DNA of 64,000 nt from assembly GCA_032128395.1 (NCBI GenBank), contig JAQBGV010000184.1:3907-67906 (forward strand). Reading direction: 5' to 3'. Source of the stretch: Planctomycetota bacterium (lineage in GTDB: Bacteria; Planctomycetota; UBA8108; UBA1146). Below the pieces are notes generated by a model. The model was not told the DNA's origin. It did not search any database and saw nothing but the letters and a program-made list of their open reading frames with translations. Numbering within the stretch: the first letter of the stretch is position 1; each line of letters opens with the position of its first letter. This document shows positions 47,027-57,051 of this stretch, in pieces. A program made the position numbers and the translations under genes.

Positions 47027-48496
47027 ATGATGCGGCGACGGCTCTGCGCGCACTGTGTCTCGAGACGGCGCGCCTCGACTCCACCTCACTCCGTCTCGCC
47101 GAGGCGACGGTCGCACGTCTCGGTCCTACCGCCCGCTCGGTCTGGGCTCGCATCGATCACCTTAGCCGTCGCGATCCTTGCCGTCGGTTGCGTGGCTCGT
47201 TCCGCGCCCACCACCGGGCCTCGCGAGGCGGATTCCCCAGAACCCGCCCCGCAGGAGGCCCGCAAGGTCGAAGCGGTTCCATCGCGTCTCGGCGCGGTGC
47301 GCGACACCCTGACACTCTCGACGACTCTCGAGGCACTCCACACGATCGAAGTCCCGACGCAGATCTCCGGAAGGGTATCCGAGGTGATCGTGCGGGAGGG
47401 CGCGTCGGTGCGCAAAGGAGATCCGATCCTTCGGCTCGACAACGAGGAGTTGGTCCTCGCCGTACGGGAGCGCGAACTCGAGCATCACGATGCGGTCGAG
47501 CGTGCTGCGACGGTGCAGCTCGACTGGGAGGAATCGAAGCAGTCGGAAGCGGTGAACGAACTCTCGTTCCTGAAAGCGGAGAGGGAGTATCAACGACTCG
47601 AGCGTCTGCTCACCGACCTGGGACGTCGCCCGGTCTCCGAGGAGGCGGTCGAGGCGAGTCGGTTCGCGATGGATGAAGCTCGGATCCGCCGGGAAACCGG
47701 CTTGCTCATCACGCAGCGGAAGGACCACCTCAGGAAGCTCGCGGAGTTGACCGTCGACAAGACAAAGATCGCGTGGGACCGCGCGCAACTCGATCTCGAT
47801 CGTGCCGTCATCGGGGCGCCGATCGACGGGGACGTGACCTTTCTCGAGATCCGTCCCGGCGAACAGGTCAACGCGGGGGCCCATGTGGTCACCGTCGTCG
47901 ACCGCGGAATCCTCTACTGCAAGGTTCGCATCCCGCAACGTCGGCTCGCGGAGCTCTCCCTCGGCCAGCCGGTCGAGATCGAATCGGAAACCCACCCCGG
48001 TCTGGAGATTCTCGGGCGAGTCGAGGCGATCCTCGCGGTGGTCGACCCGATCGAGGGCACGGTCGAGGCACGGGTCGAAGTCGATGACCCCGACGGAGTT
48101 CTCCGTCCGGGGGCGTTCCTCACCGCCCGGATCGTGCTCTCCGAGCGTCCCGACGCGTTGCTGATTCCCAAGCGCGCCCGTCTCTTCGAGGGGAACCGCT
48201 CGTTGATCTTCGTCGTGCGCGATGATCATGCGGTTCGGCTCGAGGTCGCGACCGGGCTTCTCACCGACGACGAAGTCGAGATTCGCCCCGCTGTGGGGGG
48301 GTTGATCGCAGGCGAGTCCGTCGTGGTCCGCGGTCAATCTCGACTGCGCGACGGGGAGGCGGTGATCATCGCCGGCGAAGCCGACGAGGATCAGCCGCCG
48401 ACGGTGGAGACCGGATCGGAAGCGGCCGAGGTTCCTGCCCCGCAGTCTGCGGTAGGCGAAGGCCCTGCTTCCGGGAGCGCCCCGCGGCAGGGGTGA
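47027..48496 (+). CDS. RND-efflux membrane fusion protein (HlyD/periplasmic adaptor family)
   Basis: Biotin-lipoyl-like ISGRVSEVIVREGASVRKGDPILRLD, coiled-coil hairpin, beta-barrel and MP domains; precedes two RND genes. Confidence 0.8.
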   Translation: MMRRRLCAHCVSRRRASTPPHSVSPRRRSHVSVLPPARSGLASITLAVAILAVGCVARSAPTTGPREADSPEPAPQEARKVEAVPSRLGAVRDTLTLSTTLEALHTIEVPTQISGRVSEVIVREGASVRKGDPILRLDNEELVLAVRERELEHHDAVERAATVQLDWEESKQSEAVNELSFLKAEREYQRLERLLTDLGRRPVSEEAVEASRFAMDEARIRRETGLLITQRKDHLRKLAELTVDKTKIAWDRAQLDLDRAVIGAPIDGDVTFLEIRPGEQVNAGAHVVTVVDRGILYCKVRIPQRRLAELSLGQPVEIESETHPGLEILGRVEAILAVVDPIEGTVEARVEVDDPDGVLRPGAFLTARIVLSERPDALLIPKRARLFEGNRSLIFVVRDDHAVRLEVATGLLTDDEVEIRPAVGGLIAGESVVVRGQSRLRDGEAVIIAGEADEDQPPTVETGSEAAEVPAPQSAVGEGPASGSAPRQG

Positions 48497-48500
48497 GCCG

Positions 48501-51500
48501 ATGGATTCGAGCCCCCACTCCTCTCTTCCGGGCGAATCGCCTCGCAAGGGGGTGATCGAGCTGGCGGTACGTCGGCCGATCGCCCTCCTGATGATCTTCT
48601 CCGCGGTCGCGGTCTTCGGACTGATCTCACTCCGCCGGCTCCCCGTCGACCTGATGCCCGATGTCGACCTCCCGACGATCACCGTGCGCACCGATGTCCC
48701 CGGGGCAGCGCCGGGCGATGTCGAAGAACGGGTTTCCCGTCGCTTGGAAGAGGCACTGAGTGTGGTCGGCGGGCTGCGCCGCATCACCTCGATCTCGCGG
48801 GCCGAGACCTGCGATGTGATCTTGGAATTCGCGTGGGACTCGGACCTGCGCAGTGCGGTCCAAGACATCCGCGAGAAGCTCGACCAAGCTTTTCTCCCCG
48901 ACGATGCCGGGGCGCCGACGGTCTTGCGCTACGACCCTCGCCTCGAGCCGATCCTGCTCGTCGGTCTCGAAGGGCCGACCGATCTCTCCACTTTGCGTCG
49001 CATCGCCGAGGAAGAGGTGGAGCGACGGCTCGAGACGGTCGATGGGATCGCCGCGGTCCGGGTGCGGGGAGGCTTCGAGGAGGAGATCGGGATCCTGGTC
49101 GACGAGGATCACCTGAGAAGTCGCGGAGTCTCGATCGCCCGGATCTCGCAGCGGCTCGCCGAGGAGAACCTCGACCAGGCCGCGGGGCAATTGAGCGACG
49201 GTGAGGTCCGCTACATCGTCCGGACCCGCAACGAGCTCAAGACCCTGGACGAGATCCTCGCTCTCCCGATTCGGGTCGACGGAGAGGCGATCGTCCGACT
49301 CTCCGACGTCGCGACCGTCGTCTCCCGCCCGAAGGAGGAGCGGGTGATCACTCGGATCGATGGGAGACCGGCGGTCCAAGTGGAGATTCTCCGCGAGGGG
49401 GACGCGAACATCGTCGAACTCTCGGAGCAAGTCCGGAACCGACTCTTCGGGACCGAGAAGGAGCAGGCGGCGTTTCTCCGCTGGCTCTCCGAGCAAGAGG
49501 GGCCCATCCCAGCGGCGCCGGCGTCGGACCCAACGGAGACCGGTGGGCGATCGGGGAAGCAGGGCTCTCGCGAGGGGATGGAGGGAATGCCGCGAACCAC
49601 GCCGCGGCCCGACTACATCGCGTCCTGGCTCCCCCCCGATACGCGACTCGTCCTCTTGTCGGACCAGTCGGTGTTCATCGAAGGGGCGATCCGAGACCTG
49701 CAGCAGACTGCGATCCTCGGCGGAGTCCTGGCCATCTTCGTCTTGTTCCTCTTCCTCGGACGGCTCTCGTACACCGCCGTGGTCGCGGTGACGATCCCCT
49801 GCTCCGTGATCGCGACCTTTGCCCCGATGCACCTCGGAGGGATCTCCCTGAACATCATGTCACTCGGGGGGCTCGCGCTCGGGATCGGAATGCTGGTCGA
49901 CTCGAGCATCGTCGTGCTCGAATCGATCTTCCGACGGCAGGAGGATGGTCTGGGCGCGGTCGAGGCGGCGATCACCGGCGCGCGCGAGGTCGCTCCTGCG
50001 GTGATGGCCTCGACGTTGACCACCGTCGCAGTATTCTTCCCGATCGTGTTCGTCGAGGGGATGGCCGGTCGGCTCTTCCGCGACCAAGCGCTCACCGTGG
50101 TGCTCTCCCTCCTCGCTTCGCTGATCGTCGCACTCACTCTGATTCCGATGCTCGCCGCACGGCTCGGGGGAGTCGGGGGTGCGAGCAAGGAGAGGCGAGC
50201 GCTGGTGGGCTTCGGGGGACGCTTCTGGACGGTTCATCGCGTCCGGTCGATTCTCCTTTGGATCCATCGCGGTATCTGGTTGCGCTGGGCTCTCACCCCG
50301 TTGTTCCTCCCCTACGTTCTGGTCTCTGCGCTCATCGACTTCTTCGGGATCGTGATCCTGCTCTCCCGAAGGGCAATTCAGCTCATCGGTTGGTCGCTGA
50401 TCCGCGCCGCCGGTCGCGCCGGCGCCTATTCGGCCACCCCACTCCTTCGCGTTTTCCGCGGCGGGTACACCTGGCTCGAGGATCTCTATCTCCGAGGAAT
50501 CTCGGTCGCGCTCGACCAACGGGGACCGATTCTGGTGGCGACGGCGGGAGCGGTCGCCCTTTCGCTCTGGGCGGTCGCGGGGTTGGGTTCGGAGCTGGTC
50601 CCCGAGGCGTCGCGCGGAGAATTCACGATCCACGTACGTTATCCGGTGGGGACCCCGATCGAGACCACGGACCAATACGCGCGTTCGATCGAAACCGTCC
50701 TCGCTGAGCACCCCTCGGTCGCGACCGTGGCGACGATCATCGGGCGCGATCCGGAGGAGCTGCGGGAGACTCAGGAGGGGGACCACAGCGCACGGTTCCA
50801 GGTGCGACTCGACGTGGGTCGCGACGAGCCGGCGGAGGTCGAAGCGCGGGTCCTTGCCGCCCTGCGTCCCGAGCTCGAGTCGGTCGACGATCACGACTGG
50901 GAGGTGCGACGCCCTGCGCTCTTCTCGACGCGCAGTCCGATCGAGATCGAGATTCGTGGTCCCGATCTCGAGGCCCTTCGTGACATCGAGCGGGAAGTGC
51001 GGATGATTCTCGCGGAGATTCCGGAATTGCGAGAGGTGCGGAGTACCCTCGCTCCCGGGAGTCCCGAAGTCCACCTGCATCCCGATCGGGATGCCCTCGC
51101 ACGTCACGGCCTGACCAGTGAACAGATTGCTCTTGTCCTGCGGCGCAAGAATCTCGGGGAGGTGGCGACGCGTTACCGATCGGGAGATCGAAGGATCGAC
51201 ATGCGGGTGCAGCTGCGCCCGGAAGATCGCGCGTCGATCGATGATCTGCTCTCGCTCATCGTCGCTCCCCGCGAGGGGGGGGATGGAATCCGCCTCGGGG
51301 ATCTGCTCGCTTCCTGGGAATCTCTGGAGGGTCCGGCGGAGATCCGTCGGATCGGCCGGCAGCGGGCGGTGGTGATCTCGGCGGAGATCGAAGGGGTCGA
51401 CCTCGGCCGGATCGCGGAGACGATCGAGACGCGGCTCTACGGGCGGTTGCAGCTCCCACCGGATGTGGTCGTCGAAGTGGTGGGGCAGAAGAAGGAGATG

Positions 51501-52094
51501 GAGCGCTCTCTCGACTCGCTCCTCGCCGCACTCGCGCTCGCGATCTTCCTCGTCTACGTGGTGATGGCGAGCCAGTTCGAATCGCTCCGGCAGCCGTTCG
51601 TGATCTTGTTCACGATCCCCCTCGCTGCGGTGGGCGTGATCGGGACACTCTGGCTGACCGGGACTCCGATCTCCGTGATGACCTTCATCGGCATGATCGT
51701 CCTCGCGGGGATCGTGGTGAACAACGCAATCGTGCTCCTCGACCAGGTGAACCGATTGCGGGTAGGAGGAGCGACCATCCGCGAAGCGCTCGTCGAAGGC
51801 GGGCGCCGCCGGCTCCGTCCGATCCTGATGACCACCTTGACGACGGTGCTCGCTCTTCTCCCGGTGACGGGGATCCTCACTCGAATTCCCCACCCCGCGA
51901 TGCTCGACGCGATTCTCGGCACCGGCGAGGGTGCGGAGATCCGCGCCCCCCTCGCGCTCACAGTGATCGGGGGACTCATCTCGAGCACGCTGCTCACCTT
52001 GATCGTGGTCCCGGTGGTGTACTCCCTCGTCGAGCGAGACCCGCGTCGCGAGGCGCCGCTCGAGCCACCCGAGCCGGAAGGAGTGGCGGGGTGA
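48501..52094 (+). CDS. RND (AcrB/HAE1-like) efflux permease, first of two
   Basis: 12-TM architecture with two large periplasmic loops; N-terminal IRRPIALLMIFSAVAVFGL; 1197 aa. Confidence 0.85.
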   Translation: MDSSPHSSLPGESPRKGVIELAVRRPIALLMIFSAVAVFGLISLRRLPVDLMPDVDLPTITVRTDVPGAAPGDVEERVSRRLEEALSVVGGLRRITSISRAETCDVILEFAWDSDLRSAVQDIREKLDQAFLPDDAGAPTVLRYDPRLEPILLVGLEGPTDLSTLRRIAEEEVERRLETVDGIAAVRVRGGFEEEIGILVDEDHLRSRGVSIARISQRLAEENLDQAAGQLSDGEVRYIVRTRNELKTLDEILALPIRVDGEAIVRLSDVATVVSRPKEERVITRIDGRPAVQVEILREGDANIVELSEQVRNRLFGTEKEQAAFLRWLSEQEGPIPAAPASDPTETGGRSGKQGSREGMEGMPRTTPRPDYIASWLPPDTRLVLLSDQSVFIEGAIRDLQQTAILGGVLAIFVLFLFLGRLSYTAVVAVTIPCSVIATFAPMHLGGISLNIMSLGGLALGIGMLVDSSIVVLESIFRRQEDGLGAVEAAITGAREVAPAVMASTLTTVAVFFPIVFVEGMAGRLFRDQALTVVLSLLASLIVALTLIPMLAARLGGVGGASKERRALVGFGGRFWTVHRVRSILLWIHRGIWLRWALTPLFLPYVLVSALIDFFGIVILLSRRAIQLIGWSLIRAAGRAGAYSATPLLRVFRGGYTWLEDLYLRGISVALDQRGPILVATAGAVALSLWAVAGLGSELVPEASRGEFTIHVRYPVGTPIETTDQYARSIETVLAEHPSVATVATIIGRDPEELRETQEGDHSARFQVRLDVGRDEPAEVEARVLAALRPELESVDDHDWEVRRPALFSTRSPIEIEIRGPDLEALRDIEREVRMILAEIPELREVRSTLAPGSPEVHLHPDRDALARHGLTSEQIALVLRRKNLGEVATRYRSGDRRIDMRVQLRPEDRASIDDLLSLIVAPREGGDGIRLGDLLASWESLEGPAEIRRIGRQRAVVISAEIEGVDLGRIAETIETRLYGRLQLPPDVVVEVVGQKKEMERSLDSLLAALALAIFLVYVVMASQFESLRQPFVILFTIPLAAVGVIGTLWLTGTPISVMTFIGMIVLAGIVVNNAIVLLDQVNRLRVGGATIREALVEGGRRRLRPILMTTLTTVLALLPVTGILTRIPHPAMLDAILGTGEGAEIRAPLALTVIGGLISSTLLTLIVVPVVYSLVERDPRREAPLEPPEPEGVAG

Positions 52095-55000
52095 AAGAGC
52101 CCAGGACCCGAGGCTGGCAACTTGCGCTCGACCGCCCGGTGACGGTCCTGATGCTCCTCTGCTCGATCCTAGTCATCGGAGTGATCGCGAAGCTGGGCGT
52201 GCCGCTCATCCTGTTCCCTCCCGGCATCGTCGCCGGGTCGATCTCGGTGTCGGTGCCGGTCCCAGAGTCGACCCCGCAAGAGGTGATGGAGCAGGTCGCG
52301 GTCCCCGCGGAGGAACTTTTCCGCACCATTCCGGGGACCACCAAGATCAGCAGCTTCTCGGGGGCCTCGTTCTGCCAGATCCGCGTGCAGTACTCGGGCG
52401 GCGCAGATGGGGACGCGATCTACGCGGACATCCGCGACCGGATGGAGCGACTCCTCCCGAGCTTCCCGGAGGGTGCGGACCGGTACCGCATCTTCCGCTT
52501 CAATCTCGACACCGATGTTCAGGTGATGTCGTGCGCCGCCACCTATTCCGACGAAGTCCATTCGCCGGAGACACTTCTCGAGAACGTGATCCGCCCTCGG
52601 CTGGAGGCGACCGAGGGGGTCGCCAGAGCCGATGTTCGGGGGTTGGTGGGCCGGCAGGTCTCGATCGAGTTGATCCCGGAGCGGGTGACCGCCCACTCGG
52701 TGGACGTCCGCGCGCTCGTCGCGAAACTCCGGGGGGAGAACCTGCTCGTCCCGGGGGGCCCGGTCGACGATGGGGGCCGCCGCTGGTTGGTGCGCGTTTC
52801 CCAGCGCTTTCAGGACCTCGACGAGATCCGTTCGCTCCGGATCGACGACGCGCTGACCCTCGGAGACATCGCGGACGTCAGGATCCGACGCGGGGTCGAC
52901 CGCTTCCTGGTCCGGGTCGATGGCGAACTCTGTCAGGTGGTCGAGGTGTTCAAGGAGTCGGAGGCGAACGCGGTCGACGTGTGCAAGCGCCTCCGCCACG
53001 TCTACGAAGAGGAACTGACGAAGGACCCGCGGCTCTCCGGGTTCACCTTCCATATCTTCTTCGATCAGGGCGAGACGATCACGCAGCAGATCGGAAACCT
53101 CCAGAGCACCTGCCTGTGGGGCGGATTGCTCGCGGTGGTGGTCCTCTTCCTCTTCATCCGGCGGTTGCGTCCGACCCTCCTGATCGCCGCGGCGATCCCC
53201 CTCTCGCTCCTGATCGCGGTCGTCTCGCTCTTCTTCCGGGGGGGGACCTTCAACTTCCTCTCACTGACCGGCCTGACCCTCGCGATCGGGATGCTGATCG
53301 ACAATGCGATCGTCGTCTCCGAGAACATTCTCCACTATCGCGAGCGCGGACTGGACCCGCGCGAAGCCGCCGGACGAGGCGTCTCCGAGGTCGCACTCGC
53401 GGTCACCCTGGCCACGTTGACCACGGTCGCGGTGTTCGTGCCGCTCATCTTCCTCGGAGAAGACTCGAACACGCGCGTGATCATGCGTGAACTCGGCCTG
53501 CCGGTCTGTGAGTCGCTCCTCGCGTCCCTCTTCGTCGCCCTGGTGTTCATCCCGACCGGAGCCGCGAAGCTGCTTCCTCTAGGAAGCGTGGCGTCACGCG
53601 CGGTGGGGGCGGATCCGCGCGGAGGAAGGATGATGCGCCTCTACCGCAGGTCGATCGTCTACGGGCTTCGGCATCGACTCCCGCTCCTCGTCCTGCTCGC
53701 CGTCGCGCTCGGGAGCCAGGCGATCCCTCTCGGGCAACTCCAGAAAGAGGGGAAGGGCGGTCGCCCCTCGAACGACCACTACGTCAACGTCGACTTCCCG
53801 GTTCATTCGACGCTGATCGAGGCGGACGAGATCATGGAGAAGATCCGCGAGAGCCTCGAGTCGCTCCGTGAAAAAGTCTCCATCGAGACGATCGTCAGTT
53901 TCTTCGATACGGACGATGGCACGACGATGCTGATCCTCGAGCCGGGGCAGTTGGAGTCACAGGAGGTGATGCAGAGCCTCCTGAAGGAGCGGCTCCCCGA
54001 CATTCCAGGGATCGAGTACCGCTTTCCCGGCGCGGAGGAGGAGCGGGAGGGACGGCGGATCGACATCTCGGCCACGGGTCGCGATCCTTCGATGCTCGCG
54101 GTGATCTTGGCCGACCTCGCGGAGCGTCTCCGCGGCATCCCCGGGATCCTCGCGGTGAGTACTCCCACGGATGACACGAACGAAGAGATCTCCGTGGTGG
54201 TGGAACGGGAACGTGCCCAGCGCTTCGACGTGAACCCGACCCAAGTGTCGGGCATCATCGGCTGGATGCTCCGAGGAGCTCCACTCCCCGACTTCGAGGT
54301 GGACGGGGAAGAGCTCCCGATGTGGATCCGCTTCCAGGAGCAGGAACTCGACGGATTTGGTGACCTGTACCAGGTGCAGGTCTTCAACCAGCAGGGGCAG
54401 TCCCTGCCGCTCGCCACCCTCGCTCGATTCGAGGTGGGGAAGTCGCTGCCGAGCATCCGACGCGTGGACCGGCGCGTGACGAGCCGCCTCGGCGTGACCC
54501 TCGAACCTGGCGCGAAGTTCGAGAACGTCGGTCCGGCGGTGCTCCAGCAGGTCCGAGAGACCGAACTCCCCACGGGATACCACCTCCTCTCGCAGGACGG
54601 GTCGCGGGAGTTCGAGGAGAGCCTCAAGGATGTGAAGGTCGCCGGTATCCTCGGGCTCGTCCTGATCTTCGGCCTGATGGGAGTGCTCTTCGAGAGCGTG
54701 CTCCTGCCACTCTCGGTGATCTGCAGCATCCCGTTCCTGTTCGTCGGGGCGTTCTGGAGTTGCTATCTCTTCGGCGAGACGTTGACCCCCGAGGCGCTGG
54801 TCGGCTTCGTGATCCTGATCGGGATCGTCGTCAACAATGCGATCGTGCTCGTCGACTGCATCAATCGGTTCCGAGCCCAGGGGATGAGCCGCTCGAAGGC
54901 GATCATCGAAGGGTCGCGGGCGCGATTTCGGCCGATCTGGATGACCTCTCTGACCACCATCTGTGGCCTCCTCCCCCTGATCCTCATCCCGGACCGCGGT

Positions 55001-55180
55001 GAGGGGATGAGTTTCCGCCCGATCGGCGTCGTCGTGCTCGGGGGCTTGGCGAGTGCGACGATCTTCACCACCATCGGGGTGCCGATCTTCTACTCCATCT
55101 TCGACGATCTGGGCCGGTGGTTCCTGGGCGACCGAGGCACGTCGACGGACCCCGAACCGGCTCTGGACGAGCGATCTTGA
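52091..55180 (+). CDS. RND (AcrB/HAE1-like) efflux permease, second of two (MdtB/MdtC-like arrangement); GTG start overlapping upstream stop
   Basis: Same family architecture, 1029 aa. Confidence 0.85.
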   Translation: MKEPRTRGWQLALDRPVTVLMLLCSILVIGVIAKLGVPLILFPPGIVAGSISVSVPVPESTPQEVMEQVAVPAEELFRTIPGTTKISSFSGASFCQIRVQYSGGADGDAIYADIRDRMERLLPSFPEGADRYRIFRFNLDTDVQVMSCAATYSDEVHSPETLLENVIRPRLEATEGVARADVRGLVGRQVSIELIPERVTAHSVDVRALVAKLRGENLLVPGGPVDDGGRRWLVRVSQRFQDLDEIRSLRIDDALTLGDIADVRIRRGVDRFLVRVDGELCQVVEVFKESEANAVDVCKRLRHVYEEELTKDPRLSGFTFHIFFDQGETITQQIGNLQSTCLWGGLLAVVVLFLFIRRLRPTLLIAAAIPLSLLIAVVSLFFRGGTFNFLSLTGLTLAIGMLIDNAIVVSENILHYRERGLDPREAAGRGVSEVALAVTLATLTTVAVFVPLIFLGEDSNTRVIMRELGLPVCESLLASLFVALVFIPTGAAKLLPLGSVASRAVGADPRGGRMMRLYRRSIVYGLRHRLPLLVLLAVALGSQAIPLGQLQKEGKGGRPSNDHYVNVDFPVHSTLIEADEIMEKIRESLESLREKVSIETIVSFFDTDDGTTMLILEPGQLESQEVMQSLLKERLPDIPGIEYRFPGAEEEREGRRIDISATGRDPSMLAVILADLAERLRGIPGILAVSTPTDDTNEEISVVVERERAQRFDVNPTQVSGIIGWMLRGAPLPDFEVDGEELPMWIRFQEQELDGFGDLYQVQVFNQQGQSLPLATLARFEVGKSLPSIRRVDRRVTSRLGVTLEPGAKFENVGPAVLQQVRETELPTGYHLLSQDGSREFEESLKDVKVAGILGLVLIFGLMGVLFESVLLPLSVICSIPFLFVGAFWSCYLFGETLTPEALVGFVILIGIVVNNAIVLVDCINRFRAQGMSRSKAIIEGSRARFRPIWMTSLTTICGLLPLILIPDRGEGMSFRPIGVVVLGGLASATIFTTIGVPIFYSIFDDLGRWFLGDRGTSTDPEPALDERS

Positions 55181-55232
55181 GCGATCTTGACACCCCCCCG
55201 GCCCACCCTATGATCGCCGCTCTTCCATCGAT

Positions 55233-55318
<86 letters not shown>

Positions 55319-55360
55319 TTTCAATTTCCGCCTTGGCGGAGATTGAAATGGTGTTTTTTT
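55319..55360 (+). terminator. Intrinsic terminator immediately after tRNA-Leu
   Basis: Hairpin TTTCAATTTCCGCC/GGCGGAGATTGAAA (one G-U) followed by a T7 run. Confidence 0.55.
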
Positions 55361-55532
55361 GCATTTCCGCTGACGCGGAAATCGCCTTTGGATCGGGGTC
55401 GACTATTCCGAATAGGGCCCTGGGAAATGGTGTTTTTTTTGCATTTCCGCTGACGCGGAAATCGCCTTTGGATCGGGGTCGACTGTTCCGAATAGGGCCG
55501 TAGGTCGGGGTCGACTATTCCCGATAGGGCCC
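55345..55532 (+). repeat. Two full (79 and 80 bp) and one partial tandem copy of an AT-richer unit containing a T7-8 run, hairpin ATTTCCGC-tgac-GCGGAAAT and near-palindrome GACTATTCCGAATAGGGCC
   Basis: Direct comparison of 55345-55423 with 55424-55503 (near identical) and the partial third copy 55505-55532. Confidence 0.65.
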
Positions 55533-55665
55533 TTCTTGATTCTCGTGCGGGTCTTGCTCCTCTTGCCTTCCGCCCCTGCTTCCCTTCTTCTCCCTCCACC
55601 GTCTTCCCTCCTTCGTTCTCCCTCCTCCTCTCCCCTTGGCTCCCCAACCTCTCCTGTCTCCGCTA
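55531..55665 (+). other. About 135-bp polypyrimidine (CT-rich) tract immediately upstream of the aminotransferase gene
   Basis: Continuous run of mostly C/T on the + strand: ccttcttgattctcgtgcgggtcttgctcctcttgccttccgcccctgcttcccttcttctccctccaccgtcttccctccttcgttctccctcctcctctcccc... Confidence 0.6.
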
Positions 55666-55690
55666 CGATTCCGTCGGGGGAGGAACCACC

Positions 55691-56860
55691 ATGCTCAGTC
55701 AGCGCGTCCGTACCATCGAGCCGTCCGCGACCTTGGGGATGAACACCGCGATTCAGAAGTTGCGGGCCGCGGGGCAGGACATCATCAACTTCAGCGTCGG
55801 GGAGCCCGATTTCGACACTCCGGAGTTCATCCGGGAGGCGGCGAAGCGCGCGATCGATGCCGGTCAGACCCGGTACACGCCGGTGCCGGGCACTACGGAA
55901 TTGCGCGCAGCGGTCGCGGACTTCGTCGGGTCGGTGCGCGGCGAGTCGGTGCGTCCGGAAGAAGTGATCATCACGAGCGGGGCGAAGCAGGCGCTCGCCG
56001 AAGCGCTGACCGCGCTCTGCGATCCCGGCGACGAAGTTCTGCTTCCTGCACCGTACTGGGTGAGCTACCCCGACGAGATTCGCATCACCGATGCGATCCC
56101 GGTCGTCGTCACCCCACCCGCGGAGACCGGCTTCCGCGTGACACCCGAATCTCTCGCCCCCTACGTCACACCCCGCACCATCGGACTCATCCTGAACAGT
56201 CCGAGCAATCCTACCGGCGCCGTGCTCTCCGCCGACGAGATCACCGCCTTCGTCGAGTTCGCCGAGCAGCACGACCTCTGGATCCTCTCCGATGAGATCT
56301 ACGAGCGCTTCGTCTTCGACGGGACCTTCGCGAGCCCGTTCTCCGGGGAGGGGCGTGCGCGCACGATTCTCGTCAGCGGGCTGTCGAAGTCGTTTGCGAT
56401 GACCGGTTGGCGGATCGGTTGGGCCGTCGCGGATCCCGCATTGATCTCCGGGATGTCGCGACTCCAGAGTCACATCGCTTCGAACGCCTGCTCGATCTCG
56501 CAGGCGGCGGCGCTGGAGGCGGTGCGGAATCCCGATCACCCGGACCTCCTGGCGATGCTCGGTGCATTCGCGGCTCGTCGCACCCGGGCCCTCGAGATCC
56601 TCGGGGAGATCGAGGGGCTCGCCGTTCTCCCCCCCGAGGGTGCCTTCTACCTCTTCGTCGACCTCCGGGCCTTCCTCGGTGCCGCCGGACCGCGTGCAGG
56701 AAGCGCTCTCTGTCAGGAGCTGCTCGAGGATCGCGGGGTCGCGACGGTGCCCGGCGATGCCTTCGGGCTCCCGGGGTGGGCGCGAATCTCGACGGCGCGT
56801 TCGATGGAGGAGATCGAGCGCGGCCTAGGGATTCTGGGGGAGTTTCTTCGAGCGCGCTGA
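55691..56860 (+). CDS. Class I/II pyridoxal-phosphate aminotransferase (aspartate aminotransferase-like)
   Basis: SGLSKSFAMTGWRIGW PLP-lysine region, SNPTG motif; N-terminal MLSQRVRTIEPSATL. Confidence 0.85.
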   Translation: MLSQRVRTIEPSATLGMNTAIQKLRAAGQDIINFSVGEPDFDTPEFIREAAKRAIDAGQTRYTPVPGTTELRAAVADFVGSVRGESVRPEEVIITSGAKQALAEALTALCDPGDEVLLPAPYWVSYPDEIRITDAIPVVVTPPAETGFRVTPESLAPYVTPRTIGLILNSPSNPTGAVLSADEITAFVEFAEQHDLWILSDEIYERFVFDGTFASPFSGEGRARTILVSGLSKSFAMTGWRIGWAVADPALISGMSRLQSHIASNACSISQAAALEAVRNPDHPDLLAMLGAFAARRTRALEILGEIEGLAVLPPEGAFYLFVDLRAFLGAAGPRAGSALCQELLEDRGVATVPGDAFGLPGWARISTARSMEEIERGLGILGEFLRAR

Positions 56861-57051
56861 CCCTCGAGTCTCCCCAAACTCGACCCCGATCCGGGAGCGA
56901 CCGCACGAGTGTCGGATCCAAGTCGGGGTCGGGTTCGCTCCAACCCTGGATTTCACACCCAACTGCCGCTTACAATTCGACTTCGGCGGGTGGTTCACGC
57001 GCGCCGCCCCCGCGACCCGTGTCGACCGATGCCGGTGGAGAGGCAAACACG

